A stretch of DNA of 64,000 bases from Candidatus Dojkabacteria bacterium (GTDB taxonomy: Bacteria; Patescibacteriota; Dojkabacteria; B142; JAFGMG01): positions 115,599 to 179,598 of the forward strand of contig JAFGMG010000001.1 in NCBI GenBank assembly GCA_016927655.1, in the 5' to 3' direction. The notes under the pieces are model-generated. The model was not told the DNA's origin, ran no database searches, and saw nothing but the letters and a program-made list of their open reading frames with translations. Positions 27,416-37,090 of this stretch are shown here, one piece after another; the stretch's first letter is position 1; every line of letters begins with the position of its first letter. The position numbers and the translations under genes are program-made.

Positions 27416-29064
27416 TGAATTTTTGCATCAATTAGTACTATCTGGACCTTTTGCTGCCCATTCCACTCATTTAGAGAAATCCTGCCAGCAAGATCAATCT
27501 TACCATTTAAAGTGATTTCTGATAACTCCTCTGCTTTACCAAACGCTAGAACTTCTACGAATGATTTTCTTTTTTCATCCGTGACAACTAGTTTGAGATG
27601 TTTTTCATCTGTGCCGAATTTGAAAATTTTCACAACTTTGAGATCTCGAAATTGGAAAACTGGTTCTTGATTGCCTTCCCCAAATGGAGCCAGCTTCTTA
27701 AGCTGCTTGTAAAGTTCAAGGGTCAGATCTGAGAAGTCTAACTCCATATCAATTTCTAACACTCGCTGAAACAGTTCTTCACGAAAGTTTTCATTAATAT
27801 ACTGAGCTATTTGGGTTTTGACGTTCTGCATGTTTGTCTCTTCGAAACTCAAGCCTGCGGCTTGGGAATGTCCGCCAAATCGAACTAACAGACTTTCATG
27901 CTGGGCAATAACTTCAGTAATATTTATTCCCTCGATGCTTCTGGCTGATCCGACTATCAAGCCATTCGATTTTGTGGCAGCAATCGCCGGCTTGTAGAAA
28001 GTCTCTTTGAGTTTGCCAGCGACCAAGCCTACTATTCCTTCATTCCAATTCTCATTGTAAGCAAATAAAAAGCTATCCTCATGTGAAATCTGCTCAAGAG
28101 CAGAATCCATCATAAATTGCGTCTCCTGCTGTCTTTGAATATTTAAATCATTTAAATACCAAGCAAGCTTCAGAGCTGCATCTTCGTTTTCTGTTGAAAA
28201 AAGTTTAACAGCGATCATTGCATCTTTCATCCTGCCGGCAGCATTGATTCTGGGACCTATTACAAAACCAATATTATAAGTGTCTGTTTTTGTGATGTCT
28301 CTGCCGGCAACTTTCATCAAGGCTTTCAAGCCGGGATTTTCTCCTTTTCTGATTCTTTCCAGGCCAGATTTCACAATCATTCTGTTTTCTCCGATTAAAG
28401 GCATTACATCTGTAACTGTTCCGATGCAGGCAAGATCAAGATACTTATATGGATCAAACTTTCTATTTTTCGCTTTGTTCAATTTTTCAGATAAAGCGCA
28501 AATTAATTTCCATGAAACTCCTGCACCCGCAAGATGTCTGAATGGATATTTCGAATCTTTCCTGTCCGGGTGTATAGCAATATGCGGGAAATTTTGATCT
28601 TCGGGCAGTGTATGATGATCCGTCACTACAAAATCAACCTGCTTTGAAAATTTCTGAATGATTTCCGAATCTTTAATCCCGCAATCGACTGTGATTATCA
28701 AATTAATCCCCTGGTCTATCAGAGATTTAATTGCTTCCTGATTTAGCCCATAGCCCTCATCGAATCTGGAAGGAATATAAGGTATAACGTCTACACCAAG
28801 TTCCCTGTACAAGAACTTCCAAAGTATTGAAGTGGCGGTAACTCCGTCAGCATCGTAATCCCCATAAATTGCAACTTTTTCTTTTTTTTCTCTTGCTTCA
28901 AGAATTCTTTCCGCTCCCCTTCTCATATCCGGAATCAAAAAAGGATCGTGAAATTTACTCTCTTTTTCAATACCGCGGGAGGCCATTAGCAATGGGACTA
29001 TTTCTGCAACTTTGACTTTTTCATTGAGAATTTTCCAGATCATGAGCGAATTGATTTTATCCAC
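27412..29064 (-). CDS. recJ: Single-stranded-DNA-specific exonuclease RecJ
   Basis: DHH motifs: YGDYDADGVTATSIL, ITVDCG, TDHHTLPE. DHHA1 domain GGHSQAAG. C-terminal OB-like domain. Confidence 0.9.
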   Translation of the reverse strand: MDKINSLMIWKILNEKVKVAEIVPLLMASRGIEKESKFHDPFLIPDMRRGAERILEAREKKEKVAIYGDYDADGVTATSILWKFLYRELGVDVIPYIPSRFDEGYGLNQEAIKSLIDQGINLIITVDCGIKDSEIIQKFSKQVDFVVTDHHTLPEDQNFPHIAIHPDRKDSKYPFRHLAGAGVSWKLICALSEKLNKAKNRKFDPYKYLDLACIGTVTDVMPLIGENRMIVKSGLERIRKGENPGLKALMKVAGRDITKTDTYNIGFVIGPRINAAGRMKDAMIAVKLFSTENEDAALKLAWYLNDLNIQRQQETQFMMDSALEQISHEDSFLFAYNENWNEGIVGLVAGKLKETFYKPAIAATKSNGLIVGSARSIEGINITEVIAQHESLLVRFGGHSQAAGLSFEETNMQNVKTQIAQYINENFREELFQRVLEIDMELDFSDLTLELYKQLKKLAPFGEGNQEPVFQFRDLKVVKIFKFGTDEKHLKLVVTDEKRKSFVEVLAFGKAEELSEITLNGKIDLAGRISLNEWNGQQKVQIVLIDAKIQ

Positions 29065-29633
29065 CTGTAGCCAAGATACCCCCCTGTAAGAACTAATGCT
29101 CCAAGGCCGAGGTAAAGAAGAACCAGGACAATCTGATGCATCAGCTTTGCGTTTTTGTATTCTTCTGATTGAGGAATTATTTCTTTACTGTCATTGAATT
29201 GCAGCTCGATTTTGTCTGATGAGACATAATTTACGTCTGCTTTGACTGCCGTTGCGACTACTTCGATCTCTCTTGTGCCGGCATAGGTTGCGACTAAACG
29301 CTTTTGGACTGTAGTTGTCTGGCCGGCACTTACTGTTGGTCTTGAATATCTTGATTCCGTGCTATCCGCAAATTTAATTCCTGATGGTAATTTCCATTCA
29401 ACAACGACCCGGTCAGAATCTATTCCAGAGTTGATTTCTGCTATAAGATAGAATTCTTTTGAACTCGGGCTCTGACTTGCATAGGACAAAACTACATCAA
29501 GATTCTCGGAGTCATCTACTTGTTCCAGATCCTGCATCTGATCGAGGGTTGTCTCCTCGTCCTGCGCAAAAGCGAGAGTAGGCAGTGAGAATAATGATAA
29601 AAGCATAAGTATAATAACCAAACCTTTCATCAA
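29040..29633 (-). CDS. Hypothetical exported protein with C-terminal membrane anchor
   Basis: N-terminal signal peptide (LFSLPTLAFA), C-terminal TM helix. No family recognised. Confidence 0.3.
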   Translation of the reverse strand: MMKGLVIILMLLSLFSLPTLAFAQDEETTLDQMQDLEQVDDSENLDVVLSYASQSPSSKEFYLIAEINSGIDSDRVVVEWKLPSGIKFADSTESRYSRPTVSAGQTTTVQKRLVATYAGTREIEVVATAVKADVNYVSSDKIELQFNDSKEIIPQSEEYKNAKLMHQIVLVLLYLGLGALVLTGGYLGYRWIKSIRS

Positions 29634-29734
29634 CCAGCCGGAGTAATAACTATTGATAGTATATTAGCAGATATGTATTTGGAATTCCAAAACAAATAAA
29701 ATTTCTCCACTGTTTCTGCAAATAATCCCAAATG

Positions 29735-31156
29735 TTATTCGAGAATCTCTCCCAGCAGCTCCTTCACCACCAGCGGATCGGCCTGTCCTTTGGTTTCTTT
29801 CATTACCTGGCCGAGTAAGAATTGAGCTGCGTTTGGGTTCTTTTTATAATCATCTACAATTTTTGGATTTGCATCGATTACTTTTTTCACCACTTCTTCA
29901 AGTTCATCACTGTTTTCAATCACTGTCATACTATATTCTTCAACAATATCAATCGGAGATTTTCCGGTTTCAAAGACCTTCGTGAGAACTTCTTTAGCAA
30001 TTGCAGATTTGATTTTACCCTCGTTAAGCAACGAAACAAGTTCTATTAAATGCTCAGGCTTTACTTTCGAATCTTCAAGTTTGACACCATGCGCTTTTGT
30101 CAATCTCCTCAGATCCCCAACCAGCCATTTAGTGGCCTCAACAATCAATTCGTTATTTCCCTTTGCCATTTCATCAAAAAATGCAAGAAGAGATCTATTG
30201 GCAACTAAAACCTCAACAGTGTCAGGATCAAGTTTATATTCGTCCACATAGCGCCATTTTTTCTCTTGAGGAAGCTCCGGAATTTCAGCCTTAATTTTCT
30301 CGATAAGTCCCGAATCAAAAACCATTTTTGGAATGTCCGGCTCGGGAAAATACCTATAATCAGCACTGGTTTCTTTCGTTCTTTGTGAAAGGGTCTCCCC
30401 TGTCATATCCTTAAGACCCCTGGTCTCCTGAGTTAATTTCTCACCCTTTTCCAGAAGTCCTGACTGCCTTTTGATTTCAAATTCAATCACCCTTTTTAGA
30501 ACCGAAATAGAGCCAATATTTTTCACCTCAATTTTGTAATCCGGCAATTCATTTGCATGCTGTGAAAGGCTTATATTTAATTCAAATCTCATCTGGCCTT
30601 TTTCCATATCAGCATCACTTATTCCGCAATATCTGACAATCTGCCTCAGCCTTTTTGCAAAAGCCTCAACCTCTTCGCTTGAAGTAAAATCCGGCTCAGT
30701 TACAATCTCAAGAAGAGGGACACCGGATTTATTGAAATCAAGAAGAGTTTTGTCACCTTGATGTAGAGACTTGCCCGTGTCTTCCTCCGCGTGAACTCTA
30801 GTGATTCTAAATCTTTTTGCATCTCTATCTACATCAGCTTCTACAAATCCGCCCCTGCCGATTGGCTCGTCGTATTGTGATATCTGATAACCTTTTGGAA
30901 GATCAGGATAGAAATAATTTTTACGGTCGAATTTCGATTCTTCTGAAATAGTGCAATTTAGAGCTAGAGCGAGCTTAATGCACTTTTCGATAGCTTCTCT
31001 ATTTGGCACAGGAAGCGCACCTGGCAGTCCAAGGCAAACTGGACATGTATGAGTATTCGGCTTGCTGCCAAAATATGCAGCGTCGCATCCGCAGAACATT
31101 TTTGATTTTGTTTTTGGCTGGAGATGAATCTCCAGCCCTATTATTGGTTGGTACAT
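29735..31156 (-). CDS. gatB: Asp-tRNA(Asn)/Glu-tRNA(Gln) amidotransferase subunit B
   Basis: MYQPIIGLEIHLQ...KMFCGC...NTHTCPVCLGLPGALPV is the canonical GatB N-terminus. Full length 473 aa. Confidence 0.9.
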   Translation of the reverse strand: MYQPIIGLEIHLQPKTKSKMFCGCDAAYFGSKPNTHTCPVCLGLPGALPVPNREAIEKCIKLALALNCTISEESKFDRKNYFYPDLPKGYQISQYDEPIGRGGFVEADVDRDAKRFRITRVHAEEDTGKSLHQGDKTLLDFNKSGVPLLEIVTEPDFTSSEEVEAFAKRLRQIVRYCGISDADMEKGQMRFELNISLSQHANELPDYKIEVKNIGSISVLKRVIEFEIKRQSGLLEKGEKLTQETRGLKDMTGETLSQRTKETSADYRYFPEPDIPKMVFDSGLIEKIKAEIPELPQEKKWRYVDEYKLDPDTVEVLVANRSLLAFFDEMAKGNNELIVEATKWLVGDLRRLTKAHGVKLEDSKVKPEHLIELVSLLNEGKIKSAIAKEVLTKVFETGKSPIDIVEEYSMTVIENSDELEEVVKKVIDANPKIVDDYKKNPNAAQFLLGQVMKETKGQADPLVVKELLGEILE

Positions 31157-31716
31157 TATTTAGTTTTCTTTTTATAACTTTCAGGATTGACATTAAACCC
31201 TAGTTCTTCTTTTGGTGTTTCTTCCTGAATTATTAATCTATTTAACGTTTCATAAACTTCCTTTAATTGCTCGGTATGATCCTTTTGATGTTTTTTGAGC
31301 CCATCCTCGAGCTCTTTAATTTTCTCAAAAATAATTTCATTGGTCTGGACTAAGTATCGCAACTTTGCAAAAGCCCGAACAATCGCGATGTTCATCTTGA
31401 TTGCTCGGTTCGATCTTAGCACACTGGCAAGCATTGCTACCCCAAGCTCTGTAAACACGAATGGAGTATAGCGCCTACCACCATACTCTTCCAGACTTGA
31501 GGTCGCAATTTGCGACCTCAAGTCTGAGAATTCTTTCTGAGTAAGCCTAAACATAAAATCATTCGAGAATCTTTCCTTATTCCTGGAAACCTGTTCATTC
31601 AGTCTTTTGGTAGCTACCCTCCTATACAACTCAGCCACATCAGAGTCCAAAATCACTTTTTGATCTCTTATCCAGAAAATCTTTCGTATTACTTTTTCTT
31701 CTGCAACTATGTCCAT
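31156..31716 (-). CDS. ORF6N-domain protein (phage/antirepressor-associated DNA-binding domain)
   Basis: IRDQKVILDSDVAELY...RLNEQVSRNKERFSNDFMFRLTQKE...RRYTPFVFTELGVAMLASVLRSNRAIKMNIAIVRAF matches the ORF6N consensus closely. Lies between gatA and gatB; its start codon overlaps the gatB start region. Confidence 0.7.
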   Translation of the reverse strand: MDIVAEEKVIRKIFWIRDQKVILDSDVAELYRRVATKRLNEQVSRNKERFSNDFMFRLTQKEFSDLRSQIATSSLEEYGGRRYTPFVFTELGVAMLASVLRSNRAIKMNIAIVRAFAKLRYLVQTNEIIFEKIKELEDGLKKHQKDHTEQLKEVYETLNRLIIQEETPKEELGFNVNPESYKKKTK

Positions 31717-31815
31717 AATCCCATCATACAGATCAAAGATGAAAAAACTATGGGAAGATCCTTGTGATTTAATGGAAATCTATGAATTTTTAAAGAGCTA
31801 AATTCCGCCGCTTAT

Positions 31816-33231
31816 CTACTCGCTCAAAATCTCCCAAATTCTCCCAAGTTTCAAAACTCCCAATTCATCCTTCTGTTTCCCGAAAATCTGCATACCGGTT
31901 GGCAGCCCCTTACTATCAAATCCTACTGGCACGCTCAAACAGGGCAGACCGGCTAATGCGCTTGGCTCAGCCAGTTCATCCATCAATTCTCCAAATATCG
32001 GACTTTTTGCAGCATCACCGATTTTTGTCGCATTCATTGGCATGGTAGGGCCTATTATCAAATCAACCTCTTGAAAGACTTGTTTAAAATCTTCGATGAT
32101 TAATGTGCGGACTTGCTGAGCCCTTTTGTAATAAGCATCATAATATCCAGCAGAAAGCGTATAAGCCCCGGTCATACTTCTTTGCTTTGCTTCATTGCCA
32201 AAGCCTTCCTGGCGATTGTATGCTATTTGATCTAGAAAAGTTTCCGCTTGCTCACTAGATCTATGCCCATATCTGATTCCATCGATTCTAGCTAAGTTTG
32301 ACGAGATTTCACTTCTGGAAATGACAGTATAAACAGCAAGCGCATACTTTTGATCAAAAAGGGCTATTTCTTTGACATCAGCACCATTCTTCTTCAGTAA
32401 ATCTATCGCTTCTTGAACTTTATTCCGGACTTCAGAATCAATTCGCTCGTCCATAAAATTCTTTGGGACACCCAATTTCAGCCCCCCCAAGTCTTCAAGT
32501 TTAAAGGAATTTATGGCTTCGACCAGTTTCATTGCTGGTTCATCAATTGATGTAGCGTCTTTCGGATCATGACCCGACAGGATTTCAGTAAGTATCGCAA
32601 TATCTTCAATAGAATTTGCCAAAATCCCGGGACGATCCAGAGACGACCCCATAGCAATCAAACCATAACGGCTGAATCTGCCATAAGTCGGGGCAAAACC
32701 ATACACGCCGCACCATGCAGCCGGACCCCTTACTGATCCTGCTGTCTCAGAACCAATCGAATAAACACTCATTCCAGTAGCAACAGCCGCAGCAGCACCG
32801 CCGCTTGAACCGCCGGCTACATGTTTTTTATTATAAGGATTGAGAGTTGTAAAAAAATCAGATTTCTCTGTGCTGCTCCCATGTGCAAACGCGTCCATGT
32901 TGGTTTTGCCCATGAAAAATGCACCTGCAGCCAGCAATCTTTCAGTAACAGTCGCATTATAAGGGGAAGTATAATTTTTCAAAATATTCGAACTGGCTGT
33001 AGTTTTAGTTCCTTTCCAGTTAAAATTATCCTTAAGAGATGCAGGTATCCCCGCTAGCTGCCTATCTCCAGACTGCTGAGCTTTCTCATCAGTTCTGCTT
33101 ACAAAAACATGCAATTTTGGATCGAGTTCCTCGATTGTTTTCCTAGTTTCAGAAATTAATTCTTCATAGGAATATTTCCCGCTATCTATGTCTTTTTTTA
33201 TTTGTGTGATGGTTAATCCTTTGAGATTCAT
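31816..33231 (-). CDS. gatA: Glu/Asp-tRNA amidotransferase subunit A (amidase signature family)
   Basis: Amidase signature GGSSGGAAAAVATGMSVYSIGSETAGSVRGPAAWCGVYGF with catalytic Ser-cisSer-Lys context. Confidence 0.9.
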   Translation of the reverse strand: MNLKGLTITQIKKDIDSGKYSYEELISETRKTIEELDPKLHVFVSRTDEKAQQSGDRQLAGIPASLKDNFNWKGTKTTASSNILKNYTSPYNATVTERLLAAGAFFMGKTNMDAFAHGSSTEKSDFFTTLNPYNKKHVAGGSSGGAAAAVATGMSVYSIGSETAGSVRGPAAWCGVYGFAPTYGRFSRYGLIAMGSSLDRPGILANSIEDIAILTEILSGHDPKDATSIDEPAMKLVEAINSFKLEDLGGLKLGVPKNFMDERIDSEVRNKVQEAIDLLKKNGADVKEIALFDQKYALAVYTVISRSEISSNLARIDGIRYGHRSSEQAETFLDQIAYNRQEGFGNEAKQRSMTGAYTLSAGYYDAYYKRAQQVRTLIIEDFKQVFQEVDLIIGPTMPMNATKIGDAAKSPIFGELMDELAEPSALAGLPCLSVPVGFDSKGLPTGMQIFGKQKDELGVLKLGRIWEILSE

Positions 33232-33345
33232 GATATGAGTTTATCAAGATTGACAGAATTATTCCAGAATTTGTTATTTGACGGGCTCTATAAAAAACTT
33301 TAAACTATCTTTATATTCTTTTGTCCAAGAAAAGAAGTTCTGCCC

Positions 33346-35532
33346 ATGGTAATTGATAATACAAAACTAAAGCAAATTCTTGCCAAATACAAAGTTGCAA
33401 GCGAGAAGCAGATACAAGGCGCTCTAAAAGAGGCTCAAAAAACTGGCAACGGGGTTGATCAGGTACTAATCGAAAAGAAGATTCTTACGAAAGATGATAT
33501 CGCCGAGGCAATAGCTAAAGAGTATGAAGTTCCCTATACCAATCTTTCAAAAAATACCCCCTCAGAAGAACAGCTTCTAAAAATCCCGGTAAGTGTTGCA
33601 AAGCAGTATTATGTCGTTCTTATCTCAGATTCTCCCCAAAAAGCCGTCTTTGCGACCGATGATCCGACTCAGGAAGGCTTAAAGGCAAAATTAAAAGAAG
33701 TTTATAAAGACCAAGAAATTGTTTTGACATATTCACTACCTCAAGATATCGAAAAAGTACTAGAAAGTCTTACCGAAGCAGGAAAGCCGGTGGATACGGA
33801 TAAAGCAGGAACAAAGAACCGGGGATTTTTTCAGAGATTATTCAAAGGGACAAAAGCAGATAAAGGGAAAATCAAATCCAAGAAGAAAGTAGAATCAATC
33901 GAGATTAATAATGAGAAATTAAAAGAGATCTTACAAAAGGGTAAATATGTCGGAGAAAGCGAACTCGCAAAAGCTTTTATAGAATCTGAAGAAACAGACC
34001 AGCCATTATCGCAAAGGCTTATAGAATTGGGGCTGATCTCTAAAGATATAATCGGCCAGGCAATTGCGGAAGAATTTAAGGTCCCATACGCTGATCTCAA
34101 TACAAACCCGCCTGGAACCCAGCAAATCCTGAGAATTCCAAAAGAAATCGCAACAACACTTTATACAATCCTGTATAAAGAAGATACCAATACGGTCACT
34201 GTAGCAACAGATAATCCTTCTCAGCCAAATCTGAAGCAAAAACTTAGAGATATATTCCCGAATAAAAGCATTGTTATAAATTATTCATTAAGCAGTGACA
34301 TTGAAAGGCTGCTGATAAATTACAGAGAGGATCTTACCAAGAGATTAAAAGACGCACAGGAAAAAGGAGACAGACCGGCAATTACGATGTTAAAAGACAT
34401 TATGGATGAGGCAATCACTTTGAAAGCCTCCGATATCCATCTAGAACCAGAAGACGATTATGTTGTAATTCGTTTCAGAATTGACGGCGTTATGCAGGAA
34501 TTTGGGAAACTTGAGTATTCCTTCTTCCCAAATATTTTAAACAGAATAAAAATCTTGAGTAAATTGAGAATTGACGAACATCTTAAATCACAAGATGGGT
34601 CAATGTCATTTGGAGAAGAAGAAAAAGAGGTAAACATCCGCGTATCTATAGTACCGACATTAAACGGAGAAAAGGTCGTAATGAGGCTTCTTGCTAAATA
34701 TGTCGAAGGATTTGCCTTGAGTGATATTGGACTGGGCAGTGCAAATGAAGAAATCTTAACTAGGGCCTCCAAGAAACCATTTGGAATGCTTTTAGTAACC
34801 GGGCCAACCGGCAGCGGAAAAACAACAACCCTCTATTCTGTCTTGAAACTTCTAAATAAGCGCGATGTAAATATTACTACCATCGAAGACCCGGTTGAGT
34901 ACAGAATCAAAGGAGTCAACCAGATTCAGGTAAATACAGAAACGGGTCTGACATTTGCAAAAGGCCTTAGATCAATTGTCAGACAGGATCCAGATATTAT
35001 ACTAGTAGGAGAAATCCGGGATGAGGAAACTGCAGAAATCAGCGTAAACGCTGCTCTTACCGGACATCTTATGCTTTCGACTTTTCACGCGAATGACGCT
35101 GCCACAGCAATCCCAAGACTACTTGATATGAATATTGAATCATTTCTGCTTTCCTCAACTCTGGAAGTCGTAATCGCGCAAAGACTTATCAGGAAGATCT
35201 GCAATAAATGCAAAACCAGCTATGAAATGTCCGCAACCGAAGTTAAAAATCACCCAGGACTTGGCAAAGGGAAGATGACTCTATATAAAGGTACAGGCTG
35301 TTCTGCCTGCAACAACTCCGGCTACCTAGGAAGAACCGCAATATTCGAGATCATCGAGGTCAATAAAGAAATGAAAGACCTTATTCTGACAAATCCATCA
35401 AGTCAGGAGGTTTGGGAACTTGCTAAAAAACAGGGCAGCAAGAGTCTCTATGAGGATGGAATAGAAAAGATCAAAGCCGGGATCACAACTATCGAGGAGT
35501 TAAGCAGAGTCGCATCTCCTAGCGAACTTTAA
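33346..35532 (+). CDS. pilB: Type IV pilus assembly ATPase PilB (GspE family) with duplicated N-terminal GspE_N domains
   Basis: Walker A GPTGSGKTTT, Asp box, His box. C-terminal tetracysteine CNKC...CSAC. Two N-terminal T2SSE_N-like segments. Confidence 0.9.
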   Translation: MVIDNTKLKQILAKYKVASEKQIQGALKEAQKTGNGVDQVLIEKKILTKDDIAEAIAKEYEVPYTNLSKNTPSEEQLLKIPVSVAKQYYVVLISDSPQKAVFATDDPTQEGLKAKLKEVYKDQEIVLTYSLPQDIEKVLESLTEAGKPVDTDKAGTKNRGFFQRLFKGTKADKGKIKSKKKVESIEINNEKLKEILQKGKYVGESELAKAFIESEETDQPLSQRLIELGLISKDIIGQAIAEEFKVPYADLNTNPPGTQQILRIPKEIATTLYTILYKEDTNTVTVATDNPSQPNLKQKLRDIFPNKSIVINYSLSSDIERLLINYREDLTKRLKDAQEKGDRPAITMLKDIMDEAITLKASDIHLEPEDDYVVIRFRIDGVMQEFGKLEYSFFPNILNRIKILSKLRIDEHLKSQDGSMSFGEEEKEVNIRVSIVPTLNGEKVVMRLLAKYVEGFALSDIGLGSANEEILTRASKKPFGMLLVTGPTGSGKTTTLYSVLKLLNKRDVNITTIEDPVEYRIKGVNQIQVNTETGLTFAKGLRSIVRQDPDIILVGEIRDEETAEISVNAALTGHLMLSTFHANDAATAIPRLLDMNIESFLLSSTLEVVIAQRLIRKICNKCKTSYEMSATEVKNHPGLGKGKMTLYKGTGCSACNNSGYLGRTAIFEIIEVNKEMKDLILTNPSSQEVWELAKKQGSKSLYEDGIEKIKAGITTIEELSRVASPSEL

Positions 35533-35542
35533 AAATCAAGAT

Positions 35543-36637
35543 ATGAATTTTGGGAAAATCCTTCGACAAATCAATATAAGATTAAATCTCAATCCTGGCG
35601 ACAAGAAATATTTTCTCGAGAGCCTTGCCCTGCTTGTAGGCAGTGGCATAGGAATCGCCGACGCACTGGATTCCATACGCCATGAAGTCAAATCCAGCGC
35701 CATGAGAATGCTAATCGACGAAATGGTGCATGATATTGATGGCGGGTCAAATCTAGCAGAGGCACTTGATAAGGCAAGTCTTTTCCCTTCATATGTAATA
35801 AATCTAATCAAAATCGGAGAGGAATCCGGGAATTTATCGACAAATTTAAAAGTGATAGTCGACAGGCAGGAAAAAGAAAGCGACTTCAGATCAAAGACAA
35901 TGACAGCATTCCTTTATCCAAGTCTAATATTATCTCTGACGTTTGGACTTGCAGTTTTTGTCACCTGGTTCGTGCTGCCGCGACTGACAAATATCTTTAA
36001 CAGCCTTGATATTGACCCGCCGCTGTTAACCAGAATTTTCATCCAAATCGGTGAATTTCTGGATACCAGCGGAGATGTGGCTGTGCCTATATTTGTAGCA
36101 GCTGTGGTCTCTTTAGTTTTTTTTCTATTTGGCTTCAGCAAGACAAAATTTATAGGTGAAGAATTACTTCTTAGATTTCCAGGTGTAAATACATTGATTG
36201 TTGAAACTGAAATTTCAAGATTTGCTTTTGTATTAGGTACTCTTCTTGAAGCTGGTTTGCCAATTGAAGATGCTCTCCGCTCTTTGGCCGATATAAAAAC
36301 TACACGCAGATTTTCAAGATTTTATAGGAAGCTGGCATCTGATATTCCAAAAGGCGATTCTTTTTCGCAAAGCTTCGCTTCAATAAAGGGTCTGAATAGA
36401 ATTTTTCCGCGCCCGATTCAACAAATGATAATATCTGCAGAAAAATCTGCTGAATTACCCGGAATTCTTCTCAAACTCGGAGAGATATATGAAAAACGAC
36501 TTGAAAATACCACCAAAAATCTTGCTGTTATGCTTGAGCCGATTCTATTAGTTATTGTTTGGCTAGGGGTGCTTCTGCTTGCCGTTGCAATTATTTTGCC
36601 TATTTATTCTCTTGTCGGGAACTTTAATGCGAGATAA
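35543..36637 (+). CDS. pilC: Type IV pilus inner-membrane platform protein PilC (GspF family)
   Basis: Two GspF-type cytoplasmic helical domains and 3 TM helices. Somewhat short at 364 aa. Confidence 0.8.
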   Translation: MNFGKILRQINIRLNLNPGDKKYFLESLALLVGSGIGIADALDSIRHEVKSSAMRMLIDEMVHDIDGGSNLAEALDKASLFPSYVINLIKIGEESGNLSTNLKVIVDRQEKESDFRSKTMTAFLYPSLILSLTFGLAVFVTWFVLPRLTNIFNSLDIDPPLLTRIFIQIGEFLDTSGDVAVPIFVAAVVSLVFFLFGFSKTKFIGEELLLRFPGVNTLIVETEISRFAFVLGTLLEAGLPIEDALRSLADIKTTRRFSRFYRKLASDIPKGDSFSQSFASIKGLNRIFPRPIQQMIISAEKSAELPGILLKLGEIYEKRLENTTKNLAVMLEPILLVIVWLGVLLLAVAIILPIYSLVGNFNAR

Positions 36638-36640
36638 TGT

Positions 36641-37090
36641 ATGAAAATATGGAAACAAAACAACAACAAAGGGTTCAGTCTATTGGAAGTACTGCTAGTT
36701 GTAGCACTGATAGGAATTGTAGCCGGTTTTTCTGCTGTTGTTTACACGGATTTTCAAACCCGTAATGAACTTGACCTGACCACTCAAAAAATCGCCCAAA
36801 GTCTTAGAACTGCCCAGCTCAATTCTCAAACAATGAAAAATGATTCTACATGGGGAGTCTATATTGCAAGTAATGAGATCACAGTTTTTGAGGGACCGGA
36901 CTATGCAGGAAGAAACGTTGATTCTGACTTTATTCAGACATTTTCGACTAGTATCTCCCATACCGGACTGGATGAAATCGTATTTAGCAAATACTACGGA
37001 GTACCAGATACAACTGGAGCAATTAATCTTGCGACAACTAATAATAGCAGTCAATTAACATTAAATGAAAAAGGTACCCTGGATTATTAA
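36641..37090 (+). CDS. Prepilin-type N-terminal cleavage/methylation domain protein (pilin/pseudopilin)
   Basis: KGFSLLEVLLVVALIGIVAGF = class III signal peptide (G|FSLLE) + hydrophobic alpha1 helix. Confidence 0.8.
   Translation: MKIWKQNNNKGFSLLEVLLVVALIGIVAGFSAVVYTDFQTRNELDLTTQKIAQSLRTAQLNSQTMKNDSTWGVYIASNEITVFEGPDYAGRNVDSDFIQTFSTSISHTGLDEIVFSKYYGVPDTTGAINLATTNNSSQLTLNEKGTLDY

Noticed and set aside
31003-31203. 66-aa + ORF and 64-aa - ORF at the gatB/ORF6N junction
   Set aside because: They overlap the well-supported gatB N-terminus and ORF6N C-terminus. Likely spurious.
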